Translations under genes and position numbers: made by a program
In this document: in pieces, positions 11,111 to 23,880 of the stretch
How positions within the stretch are numbered: position 1 is the first letter of the stretch
Layout of the letters: every line of letters begins with the position of its first letter
From: Octopus sinensis
Lineage: Eukaryota
Length of the DNA stretch: 35,295 nucleotides
Assembly (NCBI RefSeq): GCF_006345805.1
Contig: NW_021829892.1
Coordinates: 1-35,295, forward strand
Reading direction: 5' to 3'
Notes under the pieces: model-generated
Seen by the model: only the letters and a program-made list of their open reading frames with translations
Database searches by the model: none
What the model was told of the DNA's origin: nothing

Positions 11111-11203
11111 TATTAGTGAATTGAAGAAATGGAGCTGAACGAAGATTGAACAGAAGATTTCTGTTCAATCTTCGTTCAGCTCCATTTCTTCAATTCACTA
11201 ATA
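11111..11203. repeat. Perfect inverted repeat: 45-bp arms, 3-nt spacer
   Basis: 11111-11155 TATTAGTGAATTGAAGAAATGGAGCTGAACGAAGATTGAACAGAA is the exact reverse complement of 11159-11203. The spacer is GAT. Confidence 0.97.
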
Positions 11204-11377
11204 ATATTAAAATTCAATTATCCGCACCAACGCACGGTTGCAACACCATATGGTTGTACCTCCAACCGTGCTGTCTTCTGCTGTGATTTTTGCTACCAAG
11301 GTATCGGTTAAAATTTTGATTAATCTGCTACAAGATTATTCATCTTTCTATTTCACATAATATATATATATATATAT

Positions 11378-11696
11378 ATCACATGATCACGTGACCGACC
11401 AGACCATCAGATGTTGTTACACATCGCTGGTCACAATGCGTTCGCACACACATGCACACACAGTTTTAGCCGTCGAATGACGCCACCCCACTGGCTAAGC
11501 GAGCAGGCCAACAGAAGAAAGAATGGGAGAAAGAGTGGTGAAAGAGTACAGCATGGATCAGCACCCCCTGCCGGAGCCTCGTGGAGCTTTTAGGTGTTTT
11601 CGCTCAATAAACACTCACAACGCCCGGTGTGGGAATCGAAACCGCGATCCTGCGACCGCGAGTCCGCTGCCTTAACCACTAGGCCATTGCGCCTCC
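11378..11696 (-). mobile_element. SINE family D (tRNA-derived head with intact A/B boxes)
   Basis: The minus strand begins GGAGGCGCAATGGCCTAGTGGTTAAGG..GGTTTCGATTCCC and ends in a GGTCACGTGATCATGTGAT tail. A second copy lies at 29343. Confidence 0.9.
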
Positions 11697-11706
11697 ATGT
11701 ATATTA

Positions 11707-11752
<46 letters not shown>

Positions 11753-11754
11753 TA

Positions 11755-11809
<55 letters not shown>

Positions 11810-11910
11810 ATATATATTATATATTTATATATTTATATTTTAATATACATATATATATATATATATATATAATATATATATATATATGTATATATATGTA
11901 TGTATGTATG

Positions 11911-11953
<43 letters not shown>

Positions 11954-11964
11954 GTATAGATATG

Positions 11965-12005
<41 letters not shown>

Positions 12006-12299
12006 TTAATAATACGGATGAAAAATAAATTATTAATTTGATGAATATCAATTTAAAACCAGTGTTCAAGCATATTGAAAAATCTGAAGTTTCAGAAAAA
12101 GTTATATTACATACATATAAGAGGGATGATACCTGTAAGTGGACATCCATTATGCTAGAAGAAGATCCGCTATGGTCTTACCACTAAGAAAGGAATGTTC
12201 TCAAGAAAATTTAGCAAACGCCAGTCTGTAAGCTATTATATATATAATACAAATAAGCTTAAAAAATAAAAGACAACTAGTGGTCCACATATATATATA

Positions 12300-12520
12300 G
12301 GTTACTATTGGTTTCATGTCTGTGGTTAGTCTGGTATCGTCGTTAGGAGTTTATCCAATGTTTTCTTTTAATGTTTCAGTTGAGATTTCTTTTATGCTTC
12401 TGATTTTTCTTTAGATAAGCTTTTGAATAGTTGAGTACATCTAAATATCTGACAGGAACAATAGAGTGTTTTTGTTGTTGATCTCAATTGTGGTATATTT
12501 GGAAGCTGAGAGTATCTGCC
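12300..12520 (-). mobile_element. Degraded CR1-group LINE 3' end
   Basis: Across frameshifts it reads QLFKKL..KIRSIKEISTET....LDKLLTTIPD*P, resembling the CR1-type RT tail (LFN.LP...R.......FK..LD..L..IPD.P). Confidence 0.5.
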
Positions 12521-12529
12521 AAGAGGGAT

Positions 12530-12530
12530 C

Positions 12531-12608
<78 letters not shown>

Positions 12609-12956
12609 AAGATAGATAGATAGATAGATAGATAACGAGTGAGAGAGAGAGAGAGGGCAGGGAGTTTAGGAGTTGAGTGTTAAAAGAATAGAAGATTATC
12701 AAAACAAGGAGACATAGCGAAAGAGAGACAAGCAGAAAGAAAGAAAGGTAACATGAAAGAAAGAATGGGAGAAATAAAGGAAGAATTAAATAAGAATTAG
12801 AGAGAAAGAAGTAAAAGAAAAAGGGCGGTACGGAGATTGAAAAAAGGAGAATCTGAATGAAAGGAGTAAAGAAGGAAAGAATAGAGAGAAAGAAGCAAAG
12901 AAAGAAAAACATAGAATGAAGAACAAGAGCTGAAAGAGAAAGACGATAAGGCAATA

Positions 12957-12988
<32 letters not shown>

Positions 12989-13045
12989 AAAAAAGAAAGA
13001 AAGAAAGAAAGAAGGAAAGAAGGAAAGAAAGAAAGAAAGAAAAAT
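12530..13045. repeat. (GATA)n and purine-rich (GAAA)n tract
   Basis: Seen directly in the sequence. Confidence 0.95.
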
Positions 13046-13114
13046 TGCACGATGACCTTTGGGAAATTCTCTATGAGTGCATAAGGCGCCTGAAATCTGA
13101 TTCATACAGTTATG

Positions 13115-13145
<31 letters not shown>

Positions 13146-13977
13146 GTACATATACATACATACATACATAAATATGTTCATATGTGTGTATATGTTTGTG
13201 TAAACATATATTTGCAAATATATGCTTGAGAAAATGGCGGAGCTGGCAACGTTTCATTGGTCATTAGCTGTCGTCTGCTGTCTGCTTAGACAGCCGACAC
13301 ACTTGTATTGTCATTATTGGACACGTGTAATACAAGACACTCCATCTCCTTTGTTCGTTCTTTCCTTTCGTTACGTTTCGTTTCATTTCATTTCTACTGG
13401 CTATATTGTTTTAACACATGCACACATACATAAATACATACATACATACATGCATACAAACGTCATAGACACACAGATACATACACACATGAATGTGTAG
13501 TTTTCTGTTTGTTATCATTCCCTTGGCTTTTGCCCTTGTATGTTTATTTAAAAGTTTTCTTTCATTGGTTTCTTTCAGTTCGTTTTCCTTCGCCTTCTTC
13601 GGCTGTTCTTCTCTTCTCTTTTCTTTTCTTTTCTTTTCTGTTCTTGTCTTATTTCGATCTTCTCTCGTACCTCTTGTCTTAATTTCTCTTCCTTTTAACG
13701 AGATCACCCGTCAAATTATAAGAACAATATAAAATCACTCGTTAACTCATAAGTGTGTTTGTGTGAGTGTGCAATGCATGCGCGGGTGTGCGTGTACCTA
13801 TATTTGTGCATATGAGTGTTTGCGTGCGTTTGTGTGTGTGTGTGGTGTGTACTTTGTTGGGTGTTTGTGTCTGTGTTTGTGTCTCCATACAAATATACAA
13901 ATATGTACAAAAACAACCATGGCGAAACTCTTGGCCCATTCCGAATATTGCTGCAAATAGTATATTATAAACCAATA

Positions 13978-13980
<3 letters not shown>

Positions 13981-14037
<57 letters not shown>

Positions 14038-14251
14038 ACTGTTGCTACTGCTGCTGCTACTACTACTACTACTACTACTACTACAGTTGCTACTACTACT
14101 ACTACTACAGTTGCTACTACTAATACTACTACTACTACTACAGTTGCTACTACTACTACTACAGTTGCTACTACTACTACTACTATTACAGTTGCTACTA
14201 CTACTACTTCTACTACTACTACTACTACTACTACTACTGTTGCTGCTGCTG

Positions 14252-14282
<31 letters not shown>

Positions 14283-14314
14283 AACTACTACAGTTGCTAC
14301 TACTACTGCTGCTG

Positions 14315-14399
<85 letters not shown>

Positions 14400-14420
14400 A
14401 ACTACTACCACGACGACGAC
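13981..14420. repeat. (CTA)n microsatellite with recurring ACAGTTG interruptions
   Basis: Seen directly; it is the source of the poly-T, poly-L and poly-V ORFs in the track. Confidence 0.97.
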
Positions 14421-14439
14421 AATGACCACCTCCATTGCC

Positions 14440-14705
14440 ACCGTCAGTGCAACGATAATGATCTCTAATTTAGGGAGAACTTCAGCAGAGAAATCAGAGA
14501 CCTGGGGTCTGAAATTCTTGAGGGTGTTATAGTGCAAGTTTGGGAAACAGCACGGGTGAGCGAAGCCGAAAATGGCTGCCAAATTTGACTTGTGCATATT
14601 AATTTCCATTATGTCCTTTTATATTTTATCAAAATTTCATGCATTTTTTTGTAAGGTTAAGGAAGTTATTAAAAGTTGAATCCCATCAGTAACTTTCGGG
14701 ACAGG
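14440..14705 (+). mobile_element. Tc1/mariner-superfamily transposase C-terminal remnant with probable right TIR
   Basis: Reads ENFSREIRDLGSEILEGVIVQVWETARVSEAENGCQI*, resembling LKENI.REI..I..E.L..V......RA..C.AENG.HL. It is followed by CATCAGTAACTTTCGGGACAGG, which resembles a TIR end. Confidence 0.6.
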
Positions 14706-15212
14706 CTTTATATATTTATTGTATGCATCTGTCGATCTCTTTCACAGCCTCTTGCTATCGCTCTCGCACATAGACGCACGCGTACACATACGAAGATATT
14801 TCGAATATATACATATACATACGTACATACATACATACATACATACATACATACATACATACATACATACATGCATGCATACATACATACATACATACAT
14901 ACATACATGCATACATACATACAGACATACACAGAGACAGACAGACAGACATGCATACAATGGCGGTGGCTTATGTTGTTGTAGTATAATGTTTGTAGCG
15001 TAGGTGGCGGCGTAGGTGGCGGTGGTGGTAGTTAAGGCGGAAACGTAGAAGCGTGGCGGAGGAGGTAGTTGGCACTGCTAAAGTGTAGGGCGGAACAAAT
15101 GCAACATGAACATAAGAGGCAAATAAGACGGGACTTTGTTGATATATATATATATATATAGAAAGATAGATAGATAGATAGATAGATTGATAGATAGATA
15201 GATAGATAGATT

Positions 15213-15263
<51 letters not shown>

Positions 15264-15368
15264 TGATAGATAGATTGATAGATAGACATGCATACATATA
15301 TATACATACATACATACATACATACATACACACACATACATACATACATATATATATATGTATATATT

Positions 15369-15404
<36 letters not shown>

Positions 15405-15787
15405 CATATCAAGAAAGAGAGAGAATGAGAGAGTGAGAGAGAGGTAGAGAAGAAGAGGGAAAGAGAGGACGAAAGACAAGGGTGGAATGAAAAAGAAATA
15501 GTAGAACTACTTGTTGCAATATGTATATATGTGGGTGTATGATGTCTACGTGCGTGTTTGTGGGTGTATGCGCATGCAAATGAAATATGTGTGCATATAT
15601 ACATGCATGTATGTGTGTGCAACACACTTATAGCCGTCAAGAAAATTTACCGCCCCCTCTTTATCCCAGTGTAATTGTCCAGTGTGTATGTGTTTGTGTG
15701 TTTGTGTGTGTGTGTGTATGTGTTATGTATATATATATACATATATAATTATTTATTATATTATATTATTTATAGATATATTATAAT

Positions 15788-15834
<47 letters not shown>

Positions 15835-15861
15835 TATATATATATTATATATATATTATAC

Positions 15862-15937
<76 letters not shown>

Positions 15938-15941
15938 ATAG

Positions 15942-15977
<36 letters not shown>

Positions 15978-16358
15978 CATACATATGAATTTTTGCATGT
16001 TTGTATGTATGTGTTTAAAGAAGAGTGTACGATTTCAGCACTGCTTGTCAAGATGTTCTTGAGAAGTGCAAACAGCTGTTAACTTGAAACATGAGAAGGG
16101 AGAGAGTGGGAGAGGTAGAGGGGAGGGAGCGATGGAGCAGAATCTGAGTAATGACCAATGTAATAGGATCTATGACAATTGTGGGGAGTGACTAGAAATG
16201 ATGGAGAATCACAATTATACTTAAAAAAAAAAACTTAAATGGATCCTCTGAGTTAAAAAGAAACTCGGGTCTAAACTACCACACACACACACACACACAC
16301 CACACACACACACACACAAATATGTATGTATATATATATTATTCAAATAAATTCCAAC

Positions 16359-16583
16359 CTTTTACTCTTTTACTCTTTTACTTGTTTCAGTCATTTGACT
16401 GCGGCCATGCTGGAGCACCGCCTTTAATCGAGCAAATCGACCCCGGGACTTATTCTTTTTGTAAGCCCAGTACTTATTCTATCGGTCTCTTTTGCCGAAC
16501 CGCTAAGTGACGGGGACATAAATAAACACACCAACGTCGGTTGTAAAACAATGCTAGGGGGACAAACACAGACACACAAACAT

Positions 16584-16614
<31 letters not shown>

Positions 16615-16785
16615 CATATATACGACAGGCTTCTTTCAGTTTCCGTCTACTAAATCCACTCACAGGGCATTGGTTGGCCCGAGGCTATAGTAGAAGACAC
16701 TCGCCCAAGGTGCCACGCAGTGGGACTGAACCCGGAACCATGTGGTTGGTAAGCAAGCTACTTACCACACAGCCACTCCTGTACC
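16359..16785 (-). mobile_element. SINE family A, full length
   Basis: Complete, well-conserved head-to-tail match to the other copies. Confidence 0.92.
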
Positions 16786-16934
16786 TTGTCTGTTTTTTAT
16801 GTTTTATTTATATTCTTTATAATATTAATGTAGAATATAGAACATATAGTATATATAGTATAAAAAGAATATATAGTATAATGAAACGAAGTATTGATTG
16901 TCTTATTGAATGGAGGAAATATTGAATATCAAAT

Positions 16935-17102
16935 AGGAGTGGCTGTGTGGTAAGTTGCTTGCTTACCAACCACATTGTTCCGGGTTCAGTCCCACTGCGT
17001 GGCACCATGGGCAAGTGTCTTCTACTATAGCCTCGGGCCGACCAGAGCCTTGTGAGTGGATTTGGTGGACGGAAACTGAAAAGATGCCTGTCCTATATAT
17101 AT

Positions 17103-17136
<34 letters not shown>

Positions 17137-17382
17137 GTGTGTGTGTGTGTGTGTTTGTGTGTTTGTGTGTTTGTCTGTCTGTGTTTGTCCCCCCAACATT
17201 GCTTGACAACCGATGCTGGTGTGTTTACGTTTCCGTAACTTAGCGGTTCGGCAAAAAGAGACCGATAGAATAAGTACGAGGCTTACAAAGAATAAGACCT
17301 GGGGTCGATTTGCTCGAGTAAAAGGCGGTGCTCGAGCATGGCAGCAGTCAAATGACTGAAACAAGTAAAAGAGTAAAAGAGA
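16935..17382 (+). mobile_element. SINE family A, full length (head-to-head with the previous copy)
   Basis: Runs from AGGAGTGGCTGTGTGGTAAG to TGACTGAAACAAGTAAAAGAGTAAAAGAG. Confidence 0.92.
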
Positions 17383-17406
17383 GTTATATATATATATATA
17401 TATATA

Positions 17407-18262
17407 CGACGAAGTAAACAAAAGAAACCGGAATTTTGCAATGTTATTTTATTCACTTAGGTTTTAGATGTTTACACTTTTATCGCCTTCAAAATATTCT
17501 CCATTTGAAGCAATGCATCGGCCCAGACGCGTTTTCCACTGTCCGAAGCAGTGCTGGAACTCTTGCCAAGTGATGCCTTTTAACGCCTCCGTCGTTTCTT
17601 TTTTTTTTTTTTTCTTCACCTCTTTCCACATCTGCAAATTCCGTAGCACCAGCTTTCAAAAAAAAAGAAAGAAAAAAACATCCCCATCACCTCCCAACTG
17701 CTCTTTCAGTTCATGACACGCATTTTGTGGTGACTGCTTTTGACCTTCAGTAAGCAAGCGATCAAACGTTTTGCTGCAACACTTTTTATTCGCAATTCTT
17801 AGCTCAAAATAAGTTGGCAGGCGCTCCAGAAAACACCTGCCACATCAATAAAATTCGTGAATTGTTCGGTGACGGCCCTCCAAGATAGTGAAATTTCGTG
17901 TTGCTTTCATTCGTCTGGGAATAGGCTTCAAGCGACGAGTGACTATTCCTAAAGCGTTAAAACCACTTGTAGACTTGTGTTTGCTCATGGCAGCGTCTGT
18001 GTAAGCTGTTTGAACCACGATAACTGTTTCAGCCATCGTTTTCCCCAGCAGAAAACAGAATTTCACGGAAGCATGCTGTTCCTTCGCTTCAGCCATCGCA
18101 AAAATCGACGGACAAGGGAGAATTACTGCAAAACAAAGAGGCACCACGTCCAAGTCGTAGACACTCCACGCGACCACACTGATCGGCATGACTGATGCCA
18201 GAGGGTTCCGCTAAGTAGGTTCTAGTGGTGGAAGCCCTGAAATACAACGGGTTTGTCCCTAG
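17407..18262 (-). mobile_element. Mariner element, internally deleted transposase pseudogene
   Basis: The N-terminus reads MAEAKEQHASVKFCFLLGKTMAET (HTH region) and the C-terminus ETTEALKGITWQEFQHCFGQWKTRLGRCIASNGEYFEGD. Most of the DDD core is missing. TA flanks both ends and the TIRs are poorly matched. Confidence 0.88.
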
Positions 18263-18279
18263 TATATATATATATATAA

Positions 18280-18323
<44 letters not shown>

Positions 18324-18585
18324 GTATATATATATATATGTATATATATATATTATATATGCGTTATATAGTACATATATATTTTTATATATATATATAC
18401 ATATATAAAACATACATTATATATATATATACATATATATAAACATACATATATATATATACATACTTACAGGTGTGTGTATGTATATAAAAAAATATTA
18501 TAAATATATATACACACACACATATATATGTATATAATATACATATATACGTTGTTATTGTATGTTTAAATGTATTATATTCATA

Positions 18586-18621
<36 letters not shown>

Positions 18622-18694
18622 ATATATATATATATATATATATATTAAGTAAATTACTTATATAATATATATAATATATATATCTATATATATA

Positions 18695-18735
<41 letters not shown>

Positions 18736-18800
18736 ATATATATATATATATATAATATATATATATATTCATATATGTATATATACATATATATCTTTTC
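18263..18800. repeat. Long degenerate (TA)n tract
   Basis: Seen directly in the sequence. Confidence 0.95.
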
Positions 18801-19434
18801 CTAACGCACACACGGATACTCACACACACGCAAACAACACACACACTCACACACAGACACACACACACACACACGCACACATACACGTATATAAATATGT
18901 GTGGGGAAGAGAGAAAGAGAGAGAGCAAGACAGAGAGAGAGGAAGAGACCGATAGAGCGAGAGAGAGAGAGAGAGAGGAAATGATACAATAATTACGCAG
19001 AAGTACGAAAAAGGAACTCGAATAATTCACACAGGATGTGTGTGAATTATCATCATCAGTTATCGTCCCCCCCCACAAAAAAAAGTATCATAGCAATTTC
19101 GCGCCATAAACAGTAAAATTGTTCATATTGACAGCGTCGATAGCAAAACGCTCCTGGGGAAATAAAGAGAGCGAAAGGAAAGGACGGTGACAAAAGCAAA
19201 TAAACGACCACAGGTAATTCGTACATATATAAATATACACAAACAATGAAAGGCCTTTACAGCCGTGAGGCAACATTGGAAACCAGACATGTTGAATTTG
19301 GTCGCATGTCTGTTTATTCGAAATGCTGTTTAGAAACATATTGTTGCTTTTCTCGAGACGGCCATCTTGTCCCTGCTTACGTAAACGAAACGCAAACCCA
19401 CATGTATGTCATGTATTGCTATAGAACATATATA

Positions 19435-19860
19435 GGCGCAGGAGTGGCTGTGTGGTAAGTAGCTTGCTAACCAACCACATGGTTCCGGGTTCAGTCCCAC
19501 TGCGTGGCATCTTGGGCAAGTGTCTTCTGCTATAGCCCGGGCCCGGACCAATGCCTTGTGAGGGATTTGGTAGACGGAAACTGAAAGAAGCCTGTCGTAT
19601 ATATGTATATATATATATGTATGTGTGTGTGCATTTTTGTGTGGCTGTGTTTTGTCCCCCTAGCATTGCTTGACAACCGATGCTGGTGTGTTTACGACCC
19701 CGTCACTTACTTAGCGTTCGGCAAAAAGAGACACCGATAGAATAAGTACTGGGCTTACAAAAAGAATAAGTCCCGGGTCGATTTGCTCGACTAAAGGCGG
19801 TGCTCCAGCATGGCCGCAGTCAAATGACTGAAACAAGTAAAAGAGTAAAAGAGAAAGAGA
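19435..19860 (+). mobile_element. SINE family A, full length
   Basis: Runs from GGCGCAGGAGTGGCTGTGTGG to the AAAAGAGTAAAAGAG tail. Confidence 0.92.
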
Positions 19861-20141
19861 GTATATATATATATATATAGTCTATTGTAATATAGTCGAT
19901 TGCACTGCTTATATGCAGTCCTTTTCTGTGTTAATTAGCTGATGTGCCAAATCATTTCGTTACACGTCTGTTACTTTTCTGAATTAGTTATATCCTTATA
20001 CGGACTGCTCCTGAGTCAGTCCTGTATGTATGTTATCGATTTCATAACAGTAATAGTAACTGGAGCAGCTGAAAGGCAATAAATTTGGAAAGAAATAAAT
20101 AACGAAAGATTTTTTTTTTTTTCATAAACCGATTTTCTTCA

Positions 20142-20297
<156 letters not shown>

Positions 20298-20668
20298 TCA
20301 GACAGACAGACAAATCGGGTGTCAGGTAGACAGACGAAGAAGACAGACAGATTGAAGTATTCTTACATACATGCAGATAGATGTATATGTTGATATTTTT
20401 TTAAGTGTGTGGCTGTTGCATATTTGTATGTATATATGTGTGTGAGTGTTTGTATGTGTGTGTGTGTGTGTGTGTGTGTTGTGTGTGTGTGTGTTTGTGT
20501 GTGTGTGAGTGTATATATGGTTGGATTCCTCTGCCATAAACTACCGATGATGGTTCAACGTCTTAGTATCTTTAATTTCTTCCTGAGTTGAGCACTCTCT
20601 AGTAAGTGACATTTCATCGTGCTGATAAGCGAACTTGAGTAGGTTTACTTGCATGCATGCATACTTAT

Positions 20669-21116
20669 GTGGTTGTGCGGTAAGAAGCTGGCTTCCTAAC
20701 CACATGGTTTCGGATTCAGTCCCACGACGTGGCACTTTGGCAAGTGCCTGCTTCTATTGCCTCGGGCCGACCAAAGCCTTGTGAGTGGAGTTGGTAGACG
20801 GGAACTGAAAGAAGCCCGTCGTATATATATATATAATATGTGTGTGTGTGTGTGTGTATGTGTGTGTGTGTGTGGGTGTGTGTGTGTGTGTGTATGTGTG
20901 TGCGTGTGTGTGCTTGTTTCCCCATCACCTCTTGACAACCGATGTTGGTGTATTTACGTCCCCGTAACTTAGCGGTTCGGCAAAAGATTCCGATAGAATA
21001 CGTATTAGCTTAAGAAAATACGTACTGGGATCGATTCATTCGACTAAAAATTCAAGGCAATGCTCCAGCATGGCCGTAATCTAATGACTGAAACAGGTAA
21101 AAGATAAAAAATAAAG

Positions 21117-21118
<2 letters not shown>
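20669..21118 (+). mobile_element. SINE family A, full length
   Basis: Head, internal TA/GT tract, second half and tail are all present. Confidence 0.9.
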
Positions 21119-21163
<45 letters not shown>

Positions 21164-21324
21164 ATAGAGAGAGAGAGAGAAGATGGATAGATATATAGAT
21201 AGATAGATAGATAGATAGATACATACATACATACATACAATACATACATACATACATACATACATATACATACATACAATACATACATACATATACATAC
21301 ATACATATATATATATATTTTTTT

Positions 21325-21724
21325 TTTTACATGTTTCAGTCATTTGACTGCGACCATGCTGGAGCACCGCCTTTAGTCGAGCAAATCGACACCCGAGACT
21401 TATTCTTTGTAAGCCCAGTACTTATTCTATCGGTCTCTTTTGCCGAACCGCTAAGTTACGGGGACGTAAACACACCAGCATCGGTTGTCAAGCAATGCTA
21501 GGGAGACAAACACAGACACACAAACACACACACACACACACATAAATATATATATACATATATACGACAGGCTTCTTTCAGTTTCCGTCTACCAAATCCA
21601 CTCACAAGGCATTGGTCGGCCCGGGGCTACAGCAGAATACACTTGCCCAAGATGCCACGCAGTGGGACTGAACTCGGAACCATGTAGTTGGTTAGCAAGC
21701 TACTTACCACACAGCCACTCCTAT
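21325..21724 (-). mobile_element. SINE family A, full length (tail-to-tail with the previous copy)
   Basis: Complete reverse-complement match to the family. Confidence 0.9.
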
Positions 21725-22224
21725 TGACATATACATACACACATATATACATGCATGCTTAAATTGTAGAGTTGCTTCAAACACAACATTTGAATTTTGT
21801 TTTGCTTCTGAGGCCATGTTGAACATCAATAGATAGAACCATTACTATCTGAATATGCTTCATGTTGACGATTGAATTTGCTTCGAAGGTGAACGGAATA
21901 TACAGGATCGATGAGCAGAAATAACTGCTAAATATCGACATTTGTCATTCTCTTGCGTCTCCTGGGTGGTTCTTTAGCTTGGCTTTGATGTATAGTGTGT
22001 TTTTAACACTGTACGTTTTTAATGAGACATTCCCAGGTGGAAATACTCAGCCTAAAAGTCTTTAACGATAGACAAACCTTAAGTACGACTTTCATTATGC
22101 CTACATTAAAGCTTGTTAACAAAGATTTGAATATACATACATAATACATACATTACATACATACATACATACAGACATACATACATACATACATATATAT
22201 ACATATAAATATATATATATACAT

Positions 22225-22274
<50 letters not shown>

Positions 22275-22275
22275 T

Positions 22276-22341
<66 letters not shown>

Positions 22342-22383
22342 GCAGCGATGATGTGGGATAATTTCCGTTGGAAAGAACTCGTC

Positions 22384-22462
22384 CATGGATCTTGGGATCC
22401 ATGTTACTTGTTTCAGTCATGGCCACAGTCACATGACTGAAACAAGTAAAAGAGTAAAAGAG
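22384..22462. repeat. Two abutting hairpins; the second is made from a SINE-A 3' end and its inverted copy
   Basis: CATGGATC-TTGG-GATCCATG (22384-22403) is followed by TTACTTGTTTCAGTCATG-10 nt-CATGACTGAAACAAGTAA (22404-22449). Confidence 0.9.
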
Positions 22463-22469
22463 TATAACA

Positions 22470-22650
22470 TAAGATAATATCATATAATATACTTTAACAT
22501 GATATAACATGATATAATATAATATAATATAACATGATATAATGTAACATGATATAATATATTATAACATAATATTATATACCATGATATAATATAATAT
22601 AATATAATATAATATAATATAATATAATATGATATAACATAATATAGCAT
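22470..22650. repeat. (ATATA)n-type pentanucleotide satellite; second tract at ~23045-23210
   Basis: Repeats of ATAAT and variants (ATGAT, ACAT). Confidence 0.9.
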
Positions 22651-22788
22651 AATTTATTTACATGGAAAAATGTGAGCAAGAGAAATAATATTCTTAAGAC
22701 TATAAAACTGGAAAAGTACAGGACAAGTTATTACACTTGTAAAAGTTCAGGGCAAGTTATTACATCTGGTAAAGTACAGAACAAGAAA

Positions 22789-22938
22789 ATTTTTACTTAA
22801 AATATTGCAGCTAAGGATAAAATTTCAAATGGAATATTTAGATTTAGAAAATATTAGCTTTTAGAAATTTTATTACGAGTTATTACTTCTATTTAATTAA
22901 AATATTATATCTTTAGCTACAATATTTTAAGTAAAAAT
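22789..22938. mobile_element. Possible MITE: ~31-bp imperfect inverted repeats
   Basis: ATTTTTACTTAAAATATTGCAGCTAAGGATA (22789-22819) pairs with TATCTTTAGCTACAATATTTTAAGTAAAAAT (22908-22938) with 2 mismatches. Confidence 0.5.
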
Positions 22939-23547
22939 GTTAACGGTTTTCCATTTGGTTAAAAAATGAATTAGTGAGCTCTGAAAGAAGCTGCGTGTGA
23001 GTAAATTGCGGCCTTAAGAATATTATTCAACTACTACCGTTGTTGAATGATATAATATAATATAATGTAATATAATATAACCTATTATAATGTAACATAA
23101 TATAACATAAAATAATGTAATATAACATATCATAATATAATATAATTTAATATAATATGATATAATATAATATAATATAATATTACATTACATTATATTA
23201 TTATATTATGTACACACGCGTGAGCACATAGTGTAAAAAGAAGTGGGAAAATAGTACTCAAATACCAAAGGTAGAGTACAGTGATATTTCGTTTAAGCTG
23301 AAATGCTCCACAGTTTGTTACTCAGAGTTTCATGTACTGAATAGTAGATTGCAAATTCCTTTTACCTTCAATAAAATACTTAAGATATATATATATATAT
23401 GTGTGTGTGTGTATGTATGTAAGTGTGTGTGTGCGTGTGTGTGTATGTGTGTGTATGCATGTGTTTGTCTGTGCGTGTTCTTTGTGTTTTTGTGTCTGTA
23501 TGTGCGTACTTTGTGTGCTTCAGTTATCATCTCGGTGAGTCCCTTAC

Positions 23548-23618
23548 CATACCCGTACATGAAACCCAATCGTGCGAGTGGGAAATGTCATCAAGATGGA
23601 TGATGTCTTTCATTTCCG
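23548..23618 (-). CDS. Candidate internal coding exon (71 nt), product unknown
   Basis: Flanked by acttcag|CG and ATG|gtaagg. One frame is open: EMKDIIHLDDISHSHDWVSCTGM. No homologue was recognised. Confidence 0.3.
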
Positions 23619-23654
23619 CTGAAGTGTGCAGTACACCTGATATTAATAATATAC

Positions 23655-23880
23655 CTAGCTAACGAGTTTTTTACGTGGTCATTAATCCTACTAGAAATGG
23701 CAGCCAAATTTCCCTCAAGTTACACACGTCCGTCTCAATAAGGAAAGGAAAATTAAAATGGATATATGATGTTGCAGTGAGCATCAAAAGAAAAACAACA
23801 GGGTGACTGGTCATAGTTGGATCCTCTTTTATCATAAACTTGCTCGATGGAAACTGATATGTGGCTAAAGAAATTCAGAA
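23655..23880 (+). repeat. Unclassified dispersed repeat (related to 4150-4370)
   Basis: Shares the blocks described for 4150-4370. Confidence 0.45.

Noticed and set aside
11625-11696. tRNA-like sequences (also ~29580-29653 and ~28375-28443)
   Set aside because: A and B boxes are present but there is no complete acceptor stem, and they continue into SINE bodies.
12040-12190. 48-codon ORF MNINLKPVFKHIEK.. with a GTAAGT
   Set aside because: No convincing acceptor, no homology, and the length is within chance expectation.
14474-14555. Apparent 82-nt exon (ag|...|gtgagc) encoding ENFSREIRDLGSEILEGVIVQVWETAR, superficially C2-domain-like
   Set aside because: The frame continues as VSEAENG past the donor and fits a Tc1/mariner transposase C-terminus followed by a TIR-like end.
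16021-16087. Possible terminal exon RVYDFSTACQDVLEKCKQLLT*
   Set aside because: The acceptor is weak and there is no partner exon or recognisable homology.
19275-19330. Hairpin CAGACATG-13 nt-CATGTCTG, pre-miRNA-like
   Set aside because: The stem is only ~11 bp with poor basal pairing, and no known miRNA seed was recognised.
23524-23534. 11-nt plus-strand microexon candidate (cttcag|TTATCATCTCG|gtgagt)
   Set aside because: The length is not a multiple of 3, there is no supporting context, and such matches are expected by chance in GT-rich DNA.
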